The notes: generated by a model not told the origin, from the letters alone. Shown: positions 29,156 to 39,176, counted from the stretch's first letter. The stretch is DNA of 64,000 bases from an uncultured Gemmatimonadales bacterium (GCA_963716255.1 OY970303.1:3392001-3456000), one strand, 5' to 3'. Numbers and translations: made by a program.

Positions 29156-29196
29156 GAGAGAGGGTCCTCCACGGAGGACCCTCTCTCGATTTGTAT
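29156..29196 (+). terminator. Perfect inverted repeat/intrinsic terminator
   Basis: GAGAGAGGGTCCTCC-AC-GGAGGACCCTCTCTC followed by GATTTGTAT. Confidence 0.7.
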
Positions 29197-29255
29197 ACCC
29201 ATCGTTGGAAGCGGGGTCGGGCGTGCCCCCGGCTGGCCCGGGACGAATGCGAAGA

Positions 29256-29289
29256 GGCCCGGCTGGATCCCAGAGGATCCGGCCGGGCC
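29256..29289. terminator. Strong hairpin 3' of the RelE/ParE gene
   Basis: GGCCCGGCTGGATCC-CAGA-GGATCCGGCCGGGCC (15 bp, one G-U). Confidence 0.5.
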
Positions 29290-29316
29290 GCTGATGTTTT
29301 TGCCCGAGGGGACGCA

Positions 29317-29613
29317 CTACACGCGTGAGCGCCAGTGCCTCGGGTTTCTCCGTCCATGGGTGCAGGAGATCACCTCGATGACATCAGGCTGGATCAGGAA
29401 GAACAGAGAATAGGGAAACCGGCGGAGGACAAGACGGCGCGCGCGCTTGTAGTGCTCGGGATACCGTTCCGGATTCCGCTCGATCGAGGACAGGCCGGCC
29501 TCGACCACTCCAAGGAACTCGGCGCCGAGACCCACCCTCTGATCTTCGTACCACCGGTAAGCCGTCTCGATGTCGGCTTCCGCGGCTGGACGGATGATGA
29601 GTGGGCGTGTCAC
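29317..29613 (-). CDS. RelE/ParE family type II toxin
   Basis: AEADIETAYRWYE...GLGAEF, RRLVLRRFPYSLFF and HGRRNP. Overlaps the antitoxin stop. Confidence 0.9.
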   Translation of the reverse strand: MTRPLIIRPAAEADIETAYRWYEDQRVGLGAEFLGVVEAGLSSIERNPERYPEHYKRARRLVLRRFPYSLFFLIQPDVIEVISCTHGRRNPRHWRSRV

Positions 29614-29831
29614 TCCGAACCGAGTAGACGCGCCTTCACCTCGGCCCAGGGCCTACCGACGCCCGGGTTTGCGTCCACGTCCGCCAGGCGACGATCCATT
29701 TCCTGACGCTCCTCCTCGGTGAGCGGCAGCTCCTCGGGCTCGGCGGCGATGCTGTCCCACACGTCTTCGACGAGCTGGATCCGCTCGGCGACGCTGAGCT
29801 TCAGGATGTCGGAGAGAAGGTTGGTTTTCAT
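29610..29831 (-). CDS. Addiction-module antitoxin (TIGR02574-like)
   Basis: LSVAERIQLVEDVWDSI...EMDRRL...PWAEVKARL. Confidence 0.9.
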   Translation of the reverse strand: MKTNLLSDILKLSVAERIQLVEDVWDSIAAEPEELPLTEEERQEMDRRLADVDANPGVGRPWAEVKARLLGSE

Positions 29832-29903
29832 GTCTGAACACTAGTCGGAGCAACCCTTTCAGACAACCATCGGCTTGCTGGAAAGATGCTCGTGCCACGT
29901 CAT

Positions 29904-30122
29904 CTATTCCCTAGCACTGGAAGAAGATTTGTTGCGGACCGAGTTGAGGATCTCGTCCAGAGAGAGATTTCCGAAGAGACCTTCCCTGTCCTCGGCGTAG
30001 TTCCCGGAGCCGGTCGTGAACTGGTTGAGGAGGCGAAGGGTGTCGGCCACACCCAGCTCACGACAAAGAACCCGAATCGCGTTCTGGGTCACTTCCGCCA
30101 GCGGCTTGGCTGGAACGGTCAT
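29904..30122 (-). CDS. Small hypothetical protein, antitoxin-like
   Basis: MTVPAKPLAEVTQNAIRVLCRELGVADTLRLLNQFTTGSGNYAEDR. Resembles small proteins usually found beside PIN toxins (recollection). Confidence 0.6.
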   Translation of the reverse strand: MTVPAKPLAEVTQNAIRVLCRELGVADTLRLLNQFTTGSGNYAEDREGLFGNLSLDEILNSVRNKSSSSARE

Positions 30123-30239
30123 TATTGAAATTCCCTTTTCAGCTCCAGCGGGAGACGACCCGAGTTCGCCCTGAATGGCCGGCACGTTCCACTCCATACT
30201 CTTACCGGGTCTGTCAACAACGTAACGGCACCATCGCGG

Positions 30240-30890
30240 TTACCCTCCCTCCCCGCCTCCCGCGCTCGCTTCCTCCGCCGGCGCGAACGCGTCCGTGTAA
30301 AAGCGCCGCGCCGCCAGCAGGATGCGGTCGCTCAGCTCCGGGTCGTCCGCGGCGCGGGCCAGGAGCACCGCGCCCACCATCCCCGACACCAGCACCAGCG
30401 CCTCGTCCGGTATGGCCTCGCCGCTCGCCGGGGCAGGGGCGGCGGGGGCGCCCCGCGCGCCCCGCAGCAGCCGCGCGACCCCGGCCACGAGCCCGCGGAG
30501 CGAGCGGGTGAACGAGGCGCGCACCTCCGGCGCCGCGCGCGACGCGTCCGCCGCGAGCGCCGGCATCAGGCACCCCAGCCCGGGCTCGTCGCGGTGCTGG
30601 CGGCTCACGTAGCCGCGGATCACCCGGCGCAGCCCCTCCGCGCCCCCCGCCTCCTCCGCCCAGGCGAACCAGCTCTGCGCCAGCGTCGAGCGCACGCTGT
30701 CGCACGCCTCCGCCACCAGCGCGTCCTTGCTGTCGAAGTGGGCGTAGAAGCCGCCGTGCGTCAGCCCGATGCTCTGCATCAGCTCGCCGATCCCCACCCC
30801 CTCCACCCCCTCCTCGCGGTACGCCCGGGCCGCCGCCTCCAGGATGCGGCGGCGCGTCTCCTCCTTGTGCTCCTTCGAGTAGCGCACCAT
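30240..30890 (-). CDS. TetR/AcrR family transcriptional regulator
   Basis: MVRYSKEHKEETRRRIL...GLTHGGFYAHFDSKDAL helix-turn-helix. Confidence 0.93.
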   Translation of the reverse strand: MVRYSKEHKEETRRRILEAAARAYREEGVEGVGIGELMQSIGLTHGGFYAHFDSKDALVAEACDSVRSTLAQSWFAWAEEAGGAEGLRRVIRGYVSRQHRDEPGLGCLMPALAADASRAAPEVRASFTRSLRGLVAGVARLLRGARGAPAAPAPASGEAIPDEALVLVSGMVGAVLLARAADDPELSDRILLAARRFYTDAFAPAEEASAGGGEGG

Positions 30891-31396
30891 CAGCCCTCCC
30901 CCGTTGTGCCCGGCGCGGACGCCGCGCGCTCCCCCGGCCCCCTGTCCCCGCGGCGGACGTACACCGTCTTCTCCACCTCCGCGTGCACCACGCCCTCCGC
31001 GTCTACCAGCTCCACCCGGTACACGCGGTCGGTCGGCTCCCCGCCGGCCGTGGCCGCCCGGATCGCCTCCAGCTCCGCCTCGTCCAGCGCGAAGCGGGCG
31101 AAGAGCGTGCTGCGCCCGGGCTTTCGAAAGCGGATGGACGCCGACTTGTCCCACACCACGTACTCCGGACCCAGCACGTGGATGAGCATCAGCATGTACA
31201 CCGGGTCCACCGCCGCGTACATGCTCCCGCCGAAGAGGGTGCCCACGTAGTTGCGGGTGCGCAGCGACAGCGGCAGGCGCACGCGGATCTCGCGGAAGTC
31301 GTGCGCGATGTACTGGATGCGCGCCCCCGTGGCCCAGTACGCCGGGAACAGGTTGAAGCCCCAGCGCAGCATTCGCGTGCGGGCGGACTCGGGCAT
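30890..31396 (-). CDS. DUF4442/YiiD-like hotdog-fold protein
   Basis: FNLFPAY..TG, TRNYVGTLFGGSMYAAVDP and VWDKSASIRFRKPG. Confidence 0.88.
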   Translation of the reverse strand: MPESARTRMLRWGFNLFPAYWATGARIQYIAHDFREIRVRLPLSLRTRNYVGTLFGGSMYAAVDPVYMLMLIHVLGPEYVVWDKSASIRFRKPGRSTLFARFALDEAELEAIRAATAGGEPTDRVYRVELVDAEGVVHAEVEKTVYVRRGDRGPGERAASAPGTTGEG

Positions 31397-31413
31397 CGTC
31401 GGGTCTCCGCGCG

Positions 31414-31848
31414 TCAGCGGCCGGCGGCCTGCTCGCCGCGCAGCGTCATCAGTGTGCTGGTGGCGAAGGCCACCAGGCGTCCGCGGTCGTCGGTGACGCG
31501 GGCCTCCGCCAGCCCCACCGTGCGGCCGCCGCCCACCAGCTTTCCCTCGGCGCGCAGCGTGGTCCGCCACACCGGGCGCAGGAAGTTCATCTTCAGCTCC
31601 AGCGTGGTGTACGACTCGCCCTCCTCCAGCAGCGTGCCGTACGCCGTGCCCATCGCCGCGTCGGCCAGGTCGCAGAGGACGCCGCCGTGCACGGTGCCCA
31701 TGGGGTTCGCGTGGCGCTCGTCCGTCGCCAGCTCGAACACCGCTCTGCCGCGCTCCACCTCCGGCAGGGTGAAGCCCAGCAGCGTCGCGATCCCCGGCGG
31801 CGGGGCGTCTCCTCGCGCAATGCGCTGCATCTGCTCCAGGACGGTCAT
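31414..31848 (-). CDS. PaaI family thioesterase
   Basis: HANPMGTVHGGVLCDLAD and TLELKMNFLRPV. The start could be 31857. Confidence 0.92.
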   Translation of the reverse strand: MTVLEQMQRIARGDAPPPGIATLLGFTLPEVERGRAVFELATDERHANPMGTVHGGVLCDLADAAMGTAYGTLLEEGESYTTLELKMNFLRPVWRTTLRAEGKLVGGGRTVGLAEARVTDDRGRLVAFATSTLMTLRGEQAAGR

Positions 31849-31895
31849 GTGTTTCATTCGGGCTTGGCGTGGAACTGCTTTGAAGGGCCGGGTTC

Positions 31896-32026
31896 GGGCG
31901 TGCCCCCGGCTGCGCCGGGGTCGGGCTTCGGCTCCGTAAGCCCGCAAACAACGCGGGCTAACGGAGTCGAGCCCCGCGAAACCGCCCGCGGGTCTCGCCC
32001 CTTCGGGCCGAAATCCCTCACGCGGG
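31896..32026 (+). repeat. Palindromic dispersed repeat family A, copy 1 (Flavo-1-motif-like ends)
   Basis: GGGCGTGCCCCCGGC...GCCGGGGTCGGGCTTCGG...AAATCCCTCACGCGGG. Near-identical copy at 42214-42350. Confidence 0.85.
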
Positions 32027-32050
32027 CATCGCGCTGGCGTCCGCGGGAAG

Positions 32051-32211
32051 CCCCCTCCCCCCGGCCCCCTCCCCCGCAAGCGGGAGAGGGGGAGCACTAC
32101 ACCGGACCCGCAGTTGGCCCCCTCTCCCAGAATTGGGAGAGGGTGGGGAGCCTCAAGCGAGCCGGGGGAGGGCCGCCGTGTCGTTCTCCCCTCCCCCTTG
32201 CGGGGAGGGGG
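32051..32211. repeat. Cluster of CCCTC(T/C)CCC-n-[12 protein letters not shown]-like palindromes
   Basis: Three hairpins: CCCCTCCCCCGCAAGCGGGAGAGGGGG, CCCTCTCCCAGAATTGGGAGAGGG and CCCCTCCCCCTTGCGGGGAGGGG. Confidence 0.7.
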
Positions 32212-32226
32212 TCGCCGTCGCCGTTC

Positions 32227-32712
32227 TCAGGCGCGGGTCTCCACGCGCGCCGTGGGCTCGCAGCGGACGGGAAAGTTCACCGACCTGGCGATGAAGCACA
32301 GGTCGTGGGCGCGATGGTGCAGGGCATCCGCGGCGGCCGGGTCCGTGCCCGCCCGCACGGTGACGGCGGGGCGCAGCACCACCTCGGTGAAGCGGCCGCC
32401 GCCGTCCGGCGTTTCCAGCATGCGCCCCTGGGCGTCGTCGCGGTAGCCGGTGACCACCACCCCGGCCTCGGCGGCCAGGTGCAGGAACCAGAGCATGTGG
32501 CAGGTGGAGAGCGACGCCACCAGCAGCTCCTCCGGGTTGTAGCGCGCGGGATCGCCCCGGAACGACGGGTCCGAGGAGCCGGGGACCGGCGGCTTCCCCG
32601 CGGCCAGGATTTCGTGGGACCGGGCATAGCTCCGGTAGCCGCTCGTCCCCTCGCCCAGGTCGCCCGTCCAGGTGACCCGCACCTCGTACGAATGCTCGCC
32701 CCTGCCCGCCAT
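32227..32712 (-). CDS. OsmC family protein
   Basis: FRGDPARYNPEELLVASLSTCHMLWFL and CFIARSV (two Cys). Confidence 0.92.
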   Translation of the reverse strand: MAGRGEHSYEVRVTWTGDLGEGTSGYRSYARSHEILAAGKPPVPGSSDPSFRGDPARYNPEELLVASLSTCHMLWFLHLAAEAGVVVTGYRDDAQGRMLETPDGGGRFTEVVLRPAVTVRAGTDPAAADALHHRAHDLCFIARSVNFPVRCEPTARVETRA

Positions 32713-32749
32713 GCGCTCCCCCGCCGAATAAGGGTCCCCGGCGCCCGCC

Positions 32750-34048
32750 TCAGTCGCCCGCCACCGCCGCCGCCGCCGCGGCCGCCGCCTCGCGCGGCCG
32801 CGCCCCGATGCGCAGCACCATCCCGGCCGCCAGCAGGCAGAGCGCCCCCGATGCCAGGAACGCGCCGCCGTAGTCGCCGAACGCCGTGCGCACCGCCCCC
32901 GCGCCGAAGGCCGCCGTCGCCGCGCCCAGCTGGTGCCCCGCCACCACCCAGCCGAACATGATCCCCGCGCGCCGCGCCCCGAACGACTGCGCCGTCAGGC
33001 GCAGCGTGGGCGGCACCGTGGCCACCCAGTCCAGCCCGTAGAACACCGCGAACACCCAGCGCGCCGGCTCCGGCCCCGCCAGCGCCGCCGGGAGGAAGAG
33101 CAGCGAGATCCCCCGCAGCCCGTAGTACCAGGCCAGCAGCCGGCGGCTGTCCCAGCGGTCCGAGAGCCACCCCGAGGCCACCGTCCCCACCAGGTCGAAC
33201 ATCCCCATCGCCGCCAGCAGCCCCGCCGCCGCCACCTGCGGGATGCCGTGGTCGTGCGCCGCGGGGATCAGGTGCGTACCCACCAGCCCGTTGGTGCTCG
33301 CCCCGCAGATGAAGAACGTGCCCGCCAGCAGCCAGAAGTCGCGCGAGCGCACCCCCTCCGCGAGCGCCGCCAGCGCCGCCGCGGCCGGGTTCCCGCCCTG
33401 GCGCTCCGGCACCGCGTCCGCTTCCGTGCCGCCCAGCGGAACCGTGCCCGCCTGGCGCGGGGAATCGCGCATGAGCAGCGCCACCAGCGGGAACACCAGC
33501 GCCGCCGCGCCCGCCACCAGCAGCACCGCCGCCCGCCACCCCGAGCGCTCCACCAGCGCCGCCAGCAGCGGGAGGAACACCAGCTGCCCCGTGGCCGTGC
33601 TCGCCGTCAGGATCCCCATCACCAGGCCGCGGCGCGTGGTGAACCAGCGGCTCACCACCGTCGCGCCCAGCACCAGCGCCGTCATCCCCGTTCCCCCGCC
33701 CACCACCACCCCCCACAGCAGCACCAGCTGCCAGGGCGCCGTCATCCACGCCGTGGCCGCCACCCCCGCGGCGATGGTGCCCAGGGAGACCAGCATGGTG
33801 CGGCGCACCCCCAGCCGGTCCATGATCGCCGCCGCGAACGGCCCCATCAGCCCGTACAGCACCAGGTTGACCGAGACCGCCAGAGACAGCGTGGCCCGGG
33901 TCCACCCGAACTCCTCCTCCAGCGGCACCATCAGCACGCCCGGCGTGGCGCGCACCCCCGCCGCCGCCAGCAGCGTGACGAAGGTGACGCCCGCCACCAC
34001 CCAGGCGTAGTGCGGGCGCCCCCGCGCCGGCATCGTCGCCGCCGTCAC
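32750..34048 (-). CDS. MFS transporter
   Basis: About 12 hydrophobic segments. DRLGVRR and GWLSDRWDSRR loop motifs. Confidence 0.92.
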   Translation of the reverse strand: MTAATMPARGRPHYAWVVAGVTFVTLLAAAGVRATPGVLMVPLEEEFGWTRATLSLAVSVNLVLYGLMGPFAAAIMDRLGVRRTMLVSLGTIAAGVAATAWMTAPWQLVLLWGVVVGGGTGMTALVLGATVVSRWFTTRRGLVMGILTASTATGQLVFLPLLAALVERSGWRAAVLLVAGAAALVFPLVALLMRDSPRQAGTVPLGGTEADAVPERQGGNPAAAALAALAEGVRSRDFWLLAGTFFICGASTNGLVGTHLIPAAHDHGIPQVAAAGLLAAMGMFDLVGTVASGWLSDRWDSRRLLAWYYGLRGISLLFLPAALAGPEPARWVFAVFYGLDWVATVPPTLRLTAQSFGARRAGIMFGWVVAGHQLGAATAAFGAGAVRTAFGDYGGAFLASGALCLLAAGMVLRIGARPREAAAAAAAAVAGD

Positions 34049-34049
34049 C

Positions 34050-35288
34050 TCAGACGCGCTCGATCACGGTGGCGACGCCCTGCCCGCCCGCGATGCACAG
34101 CGTCACCAGCGCCGTCGCCAGGCCGCGCCGCTCCAGCTCGTCCAGCGCCGTGCCCAGCAGCATGGCCCCGGTGGCGCCCAGCGGGTGTCCCAGCGCGATG
34201 GCGCCGCCGTTGACGTTCACCCGCTCCGGGTCCAGCCCCAGGTTCCTCATCACCTGCAGGGGGACCGCGGCGAACGCCTCGTTGATCTCCCACAGGTCCA
34301 CGTCCCCCGTCTCCATCCCCGACTTGCGCAGCGCCTTGCGGGCCGTCTCCGTGGGCGCCGTCAGCATGATGAGCGGGTCCTCCGCGTGCAGCGCCATGGA
34401 AACGATGCGCGCCCGCGGCTTCAGCCCGTGCCCCCGCGCGTACGCTTCGGAGGCCAGCAGCACCGCCGCCGCGCCGTCCACGATCCCGCTGGAGTTGCCC
34501 GCGGTGTGCAGGTGGCGGATCCGCCCCGCCTGCGGGTAGCGGGCCAGCGCGATCTCGTCCAGCGTCTCGCCGTCCGGCCCCGCGGGCGTGGCGCCGGTCT
34601 TCTCGAAGGCGCCGGGGAGGCCGGCCAGCCCCTCCAGCGTGGTGTCCGGGCGCGGGAACTCGTCCCTTTCCAGCAGCACCGCGCCCGTCTCCGGGTCGCG
34701 CACCGGGAACAGGCCGCGCTCGAAGCGGCACGCCGCCTGGGCTTCCGCCGCGCGGCGCTGCGACTCCAGCGCGAAGCCGTCCAGCTCCTCGCGGGTGAAG
34801 CCCTCCAGCGTGGCGATGAGGTCCGCGCTGATCCCCTGCGGCACCTGCGGGTGCTTGCGGCGCAGGTGCGGGTTCCTGCCGTCGCCCTCCGCGCCGTCCG
34901 AGCCCATGGGCACGCGCGACATGCTTTCCACCCCGCCGCCCACCACCAGCTCCTGCGCCCCGCTCGCCACCCCCATGGCGGCGAAGTTCACCGCCTGGAG
35001 CCCCGAGCCGCAGAAGCGGTTCAGGCTCACCCCGCCCACGTGCAGCGGCCAGTCCGCCGCCAGCACCGCGTTCCGCGCCACGTTGGCGCCCTGCTCCCCC
35101 ACCTGCGACACCGCCCCGGCGACCACGTCCTCCACGTCGCCCGTGTCGATGCCGGTGCGCTCCGCCAGCGCGACCAGCGTCTGGGCGAGCAGCTCCTGCG
35201 GGTGCACGCCGGTGAGCGAGCCCTTGCCCATCCTGCCGCGTCCGCGCGGGGTGCGCACCGCGTCGATGATGTATGCCGTGTCTGCCAT
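34050..35288 (-). CDS. Acetyl-CoA C-acyltransferase (thiolase)
   Basis: [20 protein letters not shown] and LCIAGGQG. Confidence 0.95.
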   Translation of the reverse strand: MADTAYIIDAVRTPRGRGRMGKGSLTGVHPQELLAQTLVALAERTGIDTGDVEDVVAGAVSQVGEQGANVARNAVLAADWPLHVGGVSLNRFCGSGLQAVNFAAMGVASGAQELVVGGGVESMSRVPMGSDGAEGDGRNPHLRRKHPQVPQGISADLIATLEGFTREELDGFALESQRRAAEAQAACRFERGLFPVRDPETGAVLLERDEFPRPDTTLEGLAGLPGAFEKTGATPAGPDGETLDEIALARYPQAGRIRHLHTAGNSSGIVDGAAAVLLASEAYARGHGLKPRARIVSMALHAEDPLIMLTAPTETARKALRKSGMETGDVDLWEINEAFAAVPLQVMRNLGLDPERVNVNGGAIALGHPLGATGAMLLGTALDELERRGLATALVTLCIAGGQGVATVIERV

Positions 35289-35332
35289 GGTGCTCGTGTC
35301 CCTGGTTGCGTGACGGTCCGGGCAACACTTGG

Positions 35333-35345
35333 TATGATGATCATA
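35333..35345. promoter_or_regulatory. Palindromic operator (probable TetR site) upstream of the thiolase operon
   Basis: TATGAT-G-ATCATA perfect 6-1-6 palindrome in an AT-rich patch 45 bp before the thiolase start. Confidence 0.6.
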
Positions 35346-35475
35346 ATATATTCGCCCGGCCGCCGCAATCTTCCCGGAAAATGAACATCGTGGACAGCCC
35401 GGTTTATCACAGCCGCCACCGGAAAACGACGTTTCCGGGGCGCGAAGGCCACCCGGGCGCGGAGCGCGGAGAGCG

Positions 35476-37299
35476 ATGCCGGCAGGCGCGGAGCTGCGGG
35501 AGCTGCTGGAGGGGATCCTCGCGCGCTACGGCGGCGCGCGGGCGGGGGAGCCGTTCGGCGAGGAGCACCCGCTGTGGGGCGCCTTCAAGGGGCTGCGCCA
35601 GGCGCTCTCCGCGCACCCGGCCGTGCGCGCCGTCCCCACCCTGCGCGTGTCGTGGTCGGCGGGGTTCGGCACCTGGGCAAAAGTGCCCTGGGTGGCGATG
35701 CTGGACACGCGCGAGACCACCAACGTGCGCGAGGGGGTGTTCTGCGCCCTCCTGTTCCGGCAGGACACCTCCGGCGTGTACCTGGCGCTCTGCCAGGGCG
35801 CGTCCGAGCCGCGCCGGCAGGTGGGGCGCGAGATCGCCCGCACCCTGCTCCGCTCCCGCGCCGCCGGGCTGCGCACGCTCTGCGAAGCCCTGCCGGAGCT
35901 GGGCTTCGCGCTGGACGACCGCATGGACCTGCGCGCCGACGCCGCCCCCGTCGCCGACCCCTCCGTCACCATCGCCCACAAGCTGTACGAGGCCGGGAGC
36001 GTCCCGCCCGACGCCATCCTGTCGCGCGACCTGGAGGCCGTGCTCGCCGCCTATCGCCGCTGCGTGGAGGAAAAGGAGCGCGCCGCCGCCCGGCCGGACG
36101 CGGGTGCGTACGCCGCCGAGCCGGAGCGCTGGGACGAGCCGTGGGACCGCGCCGCGGCCCTGGACGCGCTGGTGGAGTACGTGGGGCGGCGGGGGTTCGT
36201 GTTCGAGCCCTGGCAGGTGGCCGCGTACGTCACGGCGCTGCGCACCAAGCCCTTCGCCATCCTGGCCGGGGTGACGGGGACGGGGAAGTCGCGCCTCCCG
36301 GCGCTGGTGGCGGAAGGGACCGGCGGCGCCGCGCGGCTGATCCCCGTGCGCCCCGACTGGACGGACAGCGCCGACGTGCTGGGCTACACCGACCTGCGCG
36401 GCGAATTCCGCCCCGGCGTGGTGCTGGACGCCGCGCGCGAGGCCATGGGGCACCCCCGCCGCCACTGGACCGCCGTGCTGGACGAGATGAACCTGGCGCG
36501 CGTGGAGCAGTACTTCGCCGAGGTGCTGAGCCGCATCGAGGACCGGCGCCCCCACCCCCGCGGCGGCTTCGCCACCGCGCCGCTGCTGCACCCGGTGGCG
36601 CACCCCGGCGACGAGTGGAGCGGCGTGGTCCTCCCGCCCAACCTGGCGCTGGTGGGGACGGTGAACGTGGACGAGAGCGCCCACGGCTTTTCCCGCAAGG
36701 TGCTGGACCGCGCCTTCACCCTGGAGCTGGCCGAGCCCGACCTCGCCGCCTGGGAGCCCGCCGGGACCTCGGGCGAGCCGGAGCCCGCCTGGTGGCCGGT
36801 GTCCGCCTGGCACCCGCGCGCCGTCACCCTGGCCGGCCTGGCGCCCGTGGGCGACTGCGAGCGCGCGCTGGTGCGCAGGACGGTGGAAGCCCTCGCCGCC
36901 GCCAACGCGTCGCTCGCCCCCGCCGGCCTGCAGGTGGGCTACCGCGCGCGCGACGAGGCCGCGCTCTTCGTGCTGCACGCCGCCGAGACGCCGGCCGCCT
37001 TCGCCACCCGCGGCGGCGAGCGCGTGGACCCGCTGGACCTGGCGCTGGGAATGAAGCTGCTCCCGCGCATCGCCGGCGGGAGCGACGCCGTGCGCCGCGC
37101 GCTCCTTGGGCTGCTGGGGTGGGCCGGCGCCGGCCGCGGCGCCCTCGCCGAGGCCGAGGCCCGCGCGCTCCTGGACGCCTGGGAGGCCGCCGGCCGTCCC
37201 GCCGCGCTCCCCGGCGCGCGCTTCCCCCGCACCGCGGCGCGGCTGGCGCTGATGTGGGAGCGCCTGCTCGCCGAGGGATTCACCTCGTTCTGGCTGTGA
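35476..37299 (+). CDS. mcrB: McrB-like AAA+ GTPase with N-terminal DUF3578-like DNA-binding domain
   Basis: [17 protein letters not shown]...[55 protein letters not shown]. Confidence 0.88.
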   Translation: MPAGAELRELLEGILARYGGARAGEPFGEEHPLWGAFKGLRQALSAHPAVRAVPTLRVSWSAGFGTWAKVPWVAMLDTRETTNVREGVFCALLFRQDTSGVYLALCQGASEPRRQVGREIARTLLRSRAAGLRTLCEALPELGFALDDRMDLRADAAPVADPSVTIAHKLYEAGSVPPDAILSRDLEAVLAAYRRCVEEKERAAARPDAGAYAAEPERWDEPWDRAAALDALVEYVGRRGFVFEPWQVAAYVTALRTKPFAILAGVTGTGKSRLPALVAEGTGGAARLIPVRPDWTDSADVLGYTDLRGEFRPGVVLDAAREAMGHPRRHWTAVLDEMNLARVEQYFAEVLSRIEDRRPHPRGGFATAPLLHPVAHPGDEWSGVVLPPNLALVGTVNVDESAHGFSRKVLDRAFTLELAEPDLAAWEPAGTSGEPEPAWWPVSAWHPRAVTLAGLAPVGDCERALVRRTVEALAAANASLAPAGLQVGYRARDEAALFVLHAAETPAAFATRGGERVDPLDLALGMKLLPRIAGGSDAVRRALLGLLGWAGAGRGALAEAEARALLDAWEAAGRPAALPGARFPRTAARLALMWERLLAEGFTSFWL

Positions 37300-39083
37300 G
37301 CGCCGACCTCTTCCGCATCGAGACCGACCGCGTCCTCCTCGTCTGGGCGGCCACGCGCGACGCCGAGCCCGCCTGGCTGTCGCCCTCGCCCCCTCCCCCG
37401 GGGCGCCTTGCCGTCCGTGCCCGCCGCCCCGGCCTCGCCTGGGGGCCGCAGGGCTGGCGCGCGGGCGTGCCGGAAGCCGCCGCGCGCTCCGCCGACGCGA
37501 CCGAGGGGCCGCGGCTCTTCGAGCAGACCGGGTACTCGCTGTACCTGCGGGCAAAGGACGGGCGCACCGTCGCCCTGGAGCACCGCGACCCCGTGATCCT
37601 CCGCGGCCTGCGCGCCTCCGAGGGCGGGCGCGTGGTGCACGGACGCGTCGACTTCTGCGGCCAGGTGGGGCGCAGCGAGTTCACGGTGCGGGTGGACGGC
37701 GAGCCGGAGGTGGACTTCCAGGTGGAGGTGTTCCCCACCAAGCTGGACTACGCCACCGACTACGCCCGCCTGCGCGAGGACACCGGCGAGATCCTCACCG
37801 GGCTGGTGCTGGAGTACCTGCGCTCCACCTTCCACCTGGGGGTGGACCGGCACGCGCCGTCGCCCACCCGGCTGGAATGGCTCGCGCTGCTCCGCCACGC
37901 CGCCGACGACCTGGAGCGCGCCCTCGCCGAGGTCGCCCGCCAGCCGCGCCGGGGGCTGGCCGTCGCGGAGGAGCCCGCCCGCGCCGAGCGCGTGCGCCGC
38001 CCGGACGCCCGCGTGCGCCGGGCCGTGCTGAGGGGCGCCGGCGCCGGCCGCACCGTGTCCACCGGCGAGGGCGTCGCCCTGCGCGAGCGCCTCCCCGACG
38101 GGCGCCCCCGCGCCACCCTGGACACCCCCGAGCACCGCTGGCTCGCGGCGCAGCTGGCCAGCGTCCGCCGCCGCCTGGCCGCCCTGTGCCGCGAGGAGCG
38201 CGAGCTGCCGGCGACGCCGCGGCGCGCGCGCTCGCTGGAGGAGCTGGTCGCGCTGGAGCGCCGCGTCGCGCGGATGCTGCGCGCGGAGCCGCTCGCCGCC
38301 GCCGCGGGCGATCCGCCCCCCGGCCTCGCCTCGCCGCAGCTGGCCCGCGCGCCGGGGTACCGCGAGGCGCACCGCGCCTGCCTCCTCCTGCGGCTGGGGC
38401 TCAGCCTGGAGGGCGGGCCGGTGCACCTGGCCGTCAAGGACCTGGCGCTCCTCTACGAGTACTGGTGCTTCCTGGCGCTGGCGCGCATCCTCGCCGCCCG
38501 CTCCAGATCTGCCCTCCCCGCGCGCTGCCTGCTCGCCGTGGAGGAGCGCGGCCTGCGCGTCCTCCTGCGGCGGGGGCGCGAGCAGACGCTGAAGTTCGAC
38601 CTGGGCGGTGGGACGCGCGCCGTGCTCACCTACAACCCGCGCTTCGGCGGGGAGCCGCTGCTGGTCCCGCAGCAGCCGGACCTGCTGCTGGAGGTGCGCC
38701 GCCCGGACGGCACGGCCGCGCGCGTCGTGCTGGACGCAAAGTACCGCGTCACCGCCGAGGCGGAGTACGTGGCGCGCTACGGCTCGCCCGGGCCGCCGGA
38801 GGACGCCCTCAACGTGCTGCACCGCTACCGCGACGCCATCGTCCGGCCGCGGGCCGGCGCGGGCCCCGAGCGGATCGTGGCCCGCGCCGCCGCGCTCTTT
38901 CCCTTCCGCGAGGCGGAGCCCGGCGCCTTCCGCGCCACCCGGCTGTGGCGCTCGCTGGACGGGCTGGGCGTGGGGGCCATCCCCCTGCTGCCGGGGAGCA
39001 CGGAGTACCTGGAGGCGTGGGTCGACGCGCTCCTGTGCGACGTCCCGGAAAGCCCCCCGACGGTTCTCTTGCACACGGGGTAG
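37296..39083 (+). CDS. McrC-like partner: DUF2357 + PD-(D/E)xK nuclease
   Basis: VFPTKLDY..DY, DTPEHR, LYEYWCF, QQPDLLL...LDAKYR and HRYRDAI. GTGA-coupled to mcrB. Confidence 0.85.
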   Translation: MSADLFRIETDRVLLVWAATRDAEPAWLSPSPPPPGRLAVRARRPGLAWGPQGWRAGVPEAAARSADATEGPRLFEQTGYSLYLRAKDGRTVALEHRDPVILRGLRASEGGRVVHGRVDFCGQVGRSEFTVRVDGEPEVDFQVEVFPTKLDYATDYARLREDTGEILTGLVLEYLRSTFHLGVDRHAPSPTRLEWLALLRHAADDLERALAEVARQPRRGLAVAEEPARAERVRRPDARVRRAVLRGAGAGRTVSTGEGVALRERLPDGRPRATLDTPEHRWLAAQLASVRRRLAALCREERELPATPRRARSLEELVALERRVARMLRAEPLAAAAGDPPPGLASPQLARAPGYREAHRACLLLRLGLSLEGGPVHLAVKDLALLYEYWCFLALARILAARSRSALPARCLLAVEERGLRVLLRRGREQTLKFDLGGGTRAVLTYNPRFGGEPLLVPQQPDLLLEVRRPDGTAARVVLDAKYRVTAEAEYVARYGSPGPPEDALNVLHRYRDAIVRPRAGAGPERIVARAAALFPFREAEPGAFRATRLWRSLDGLGVGAIPLLPGSTEYLEAWVDALLCDVPESPPTVLLHTG

Positions 39084-39176
39084 CCGGAAACGATCTTGCC
39101 AGCGGGCCGGGCGCACGCCCGGTCCCGTCCCGTCTCCCTCCCGCGGCATCCTCCTCCCCTTCCCCGGAGCCGCCCC

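Noticed and set aside
28949..29413. ORFs 28949-29317(-), 29039-29413(+), 29076-29357(-) and 12-14-codon micro-ORFs
   Set aside because: No RBS, atypical codon usage, and they run through strong hairpins. The ncRNA model explains the region better.
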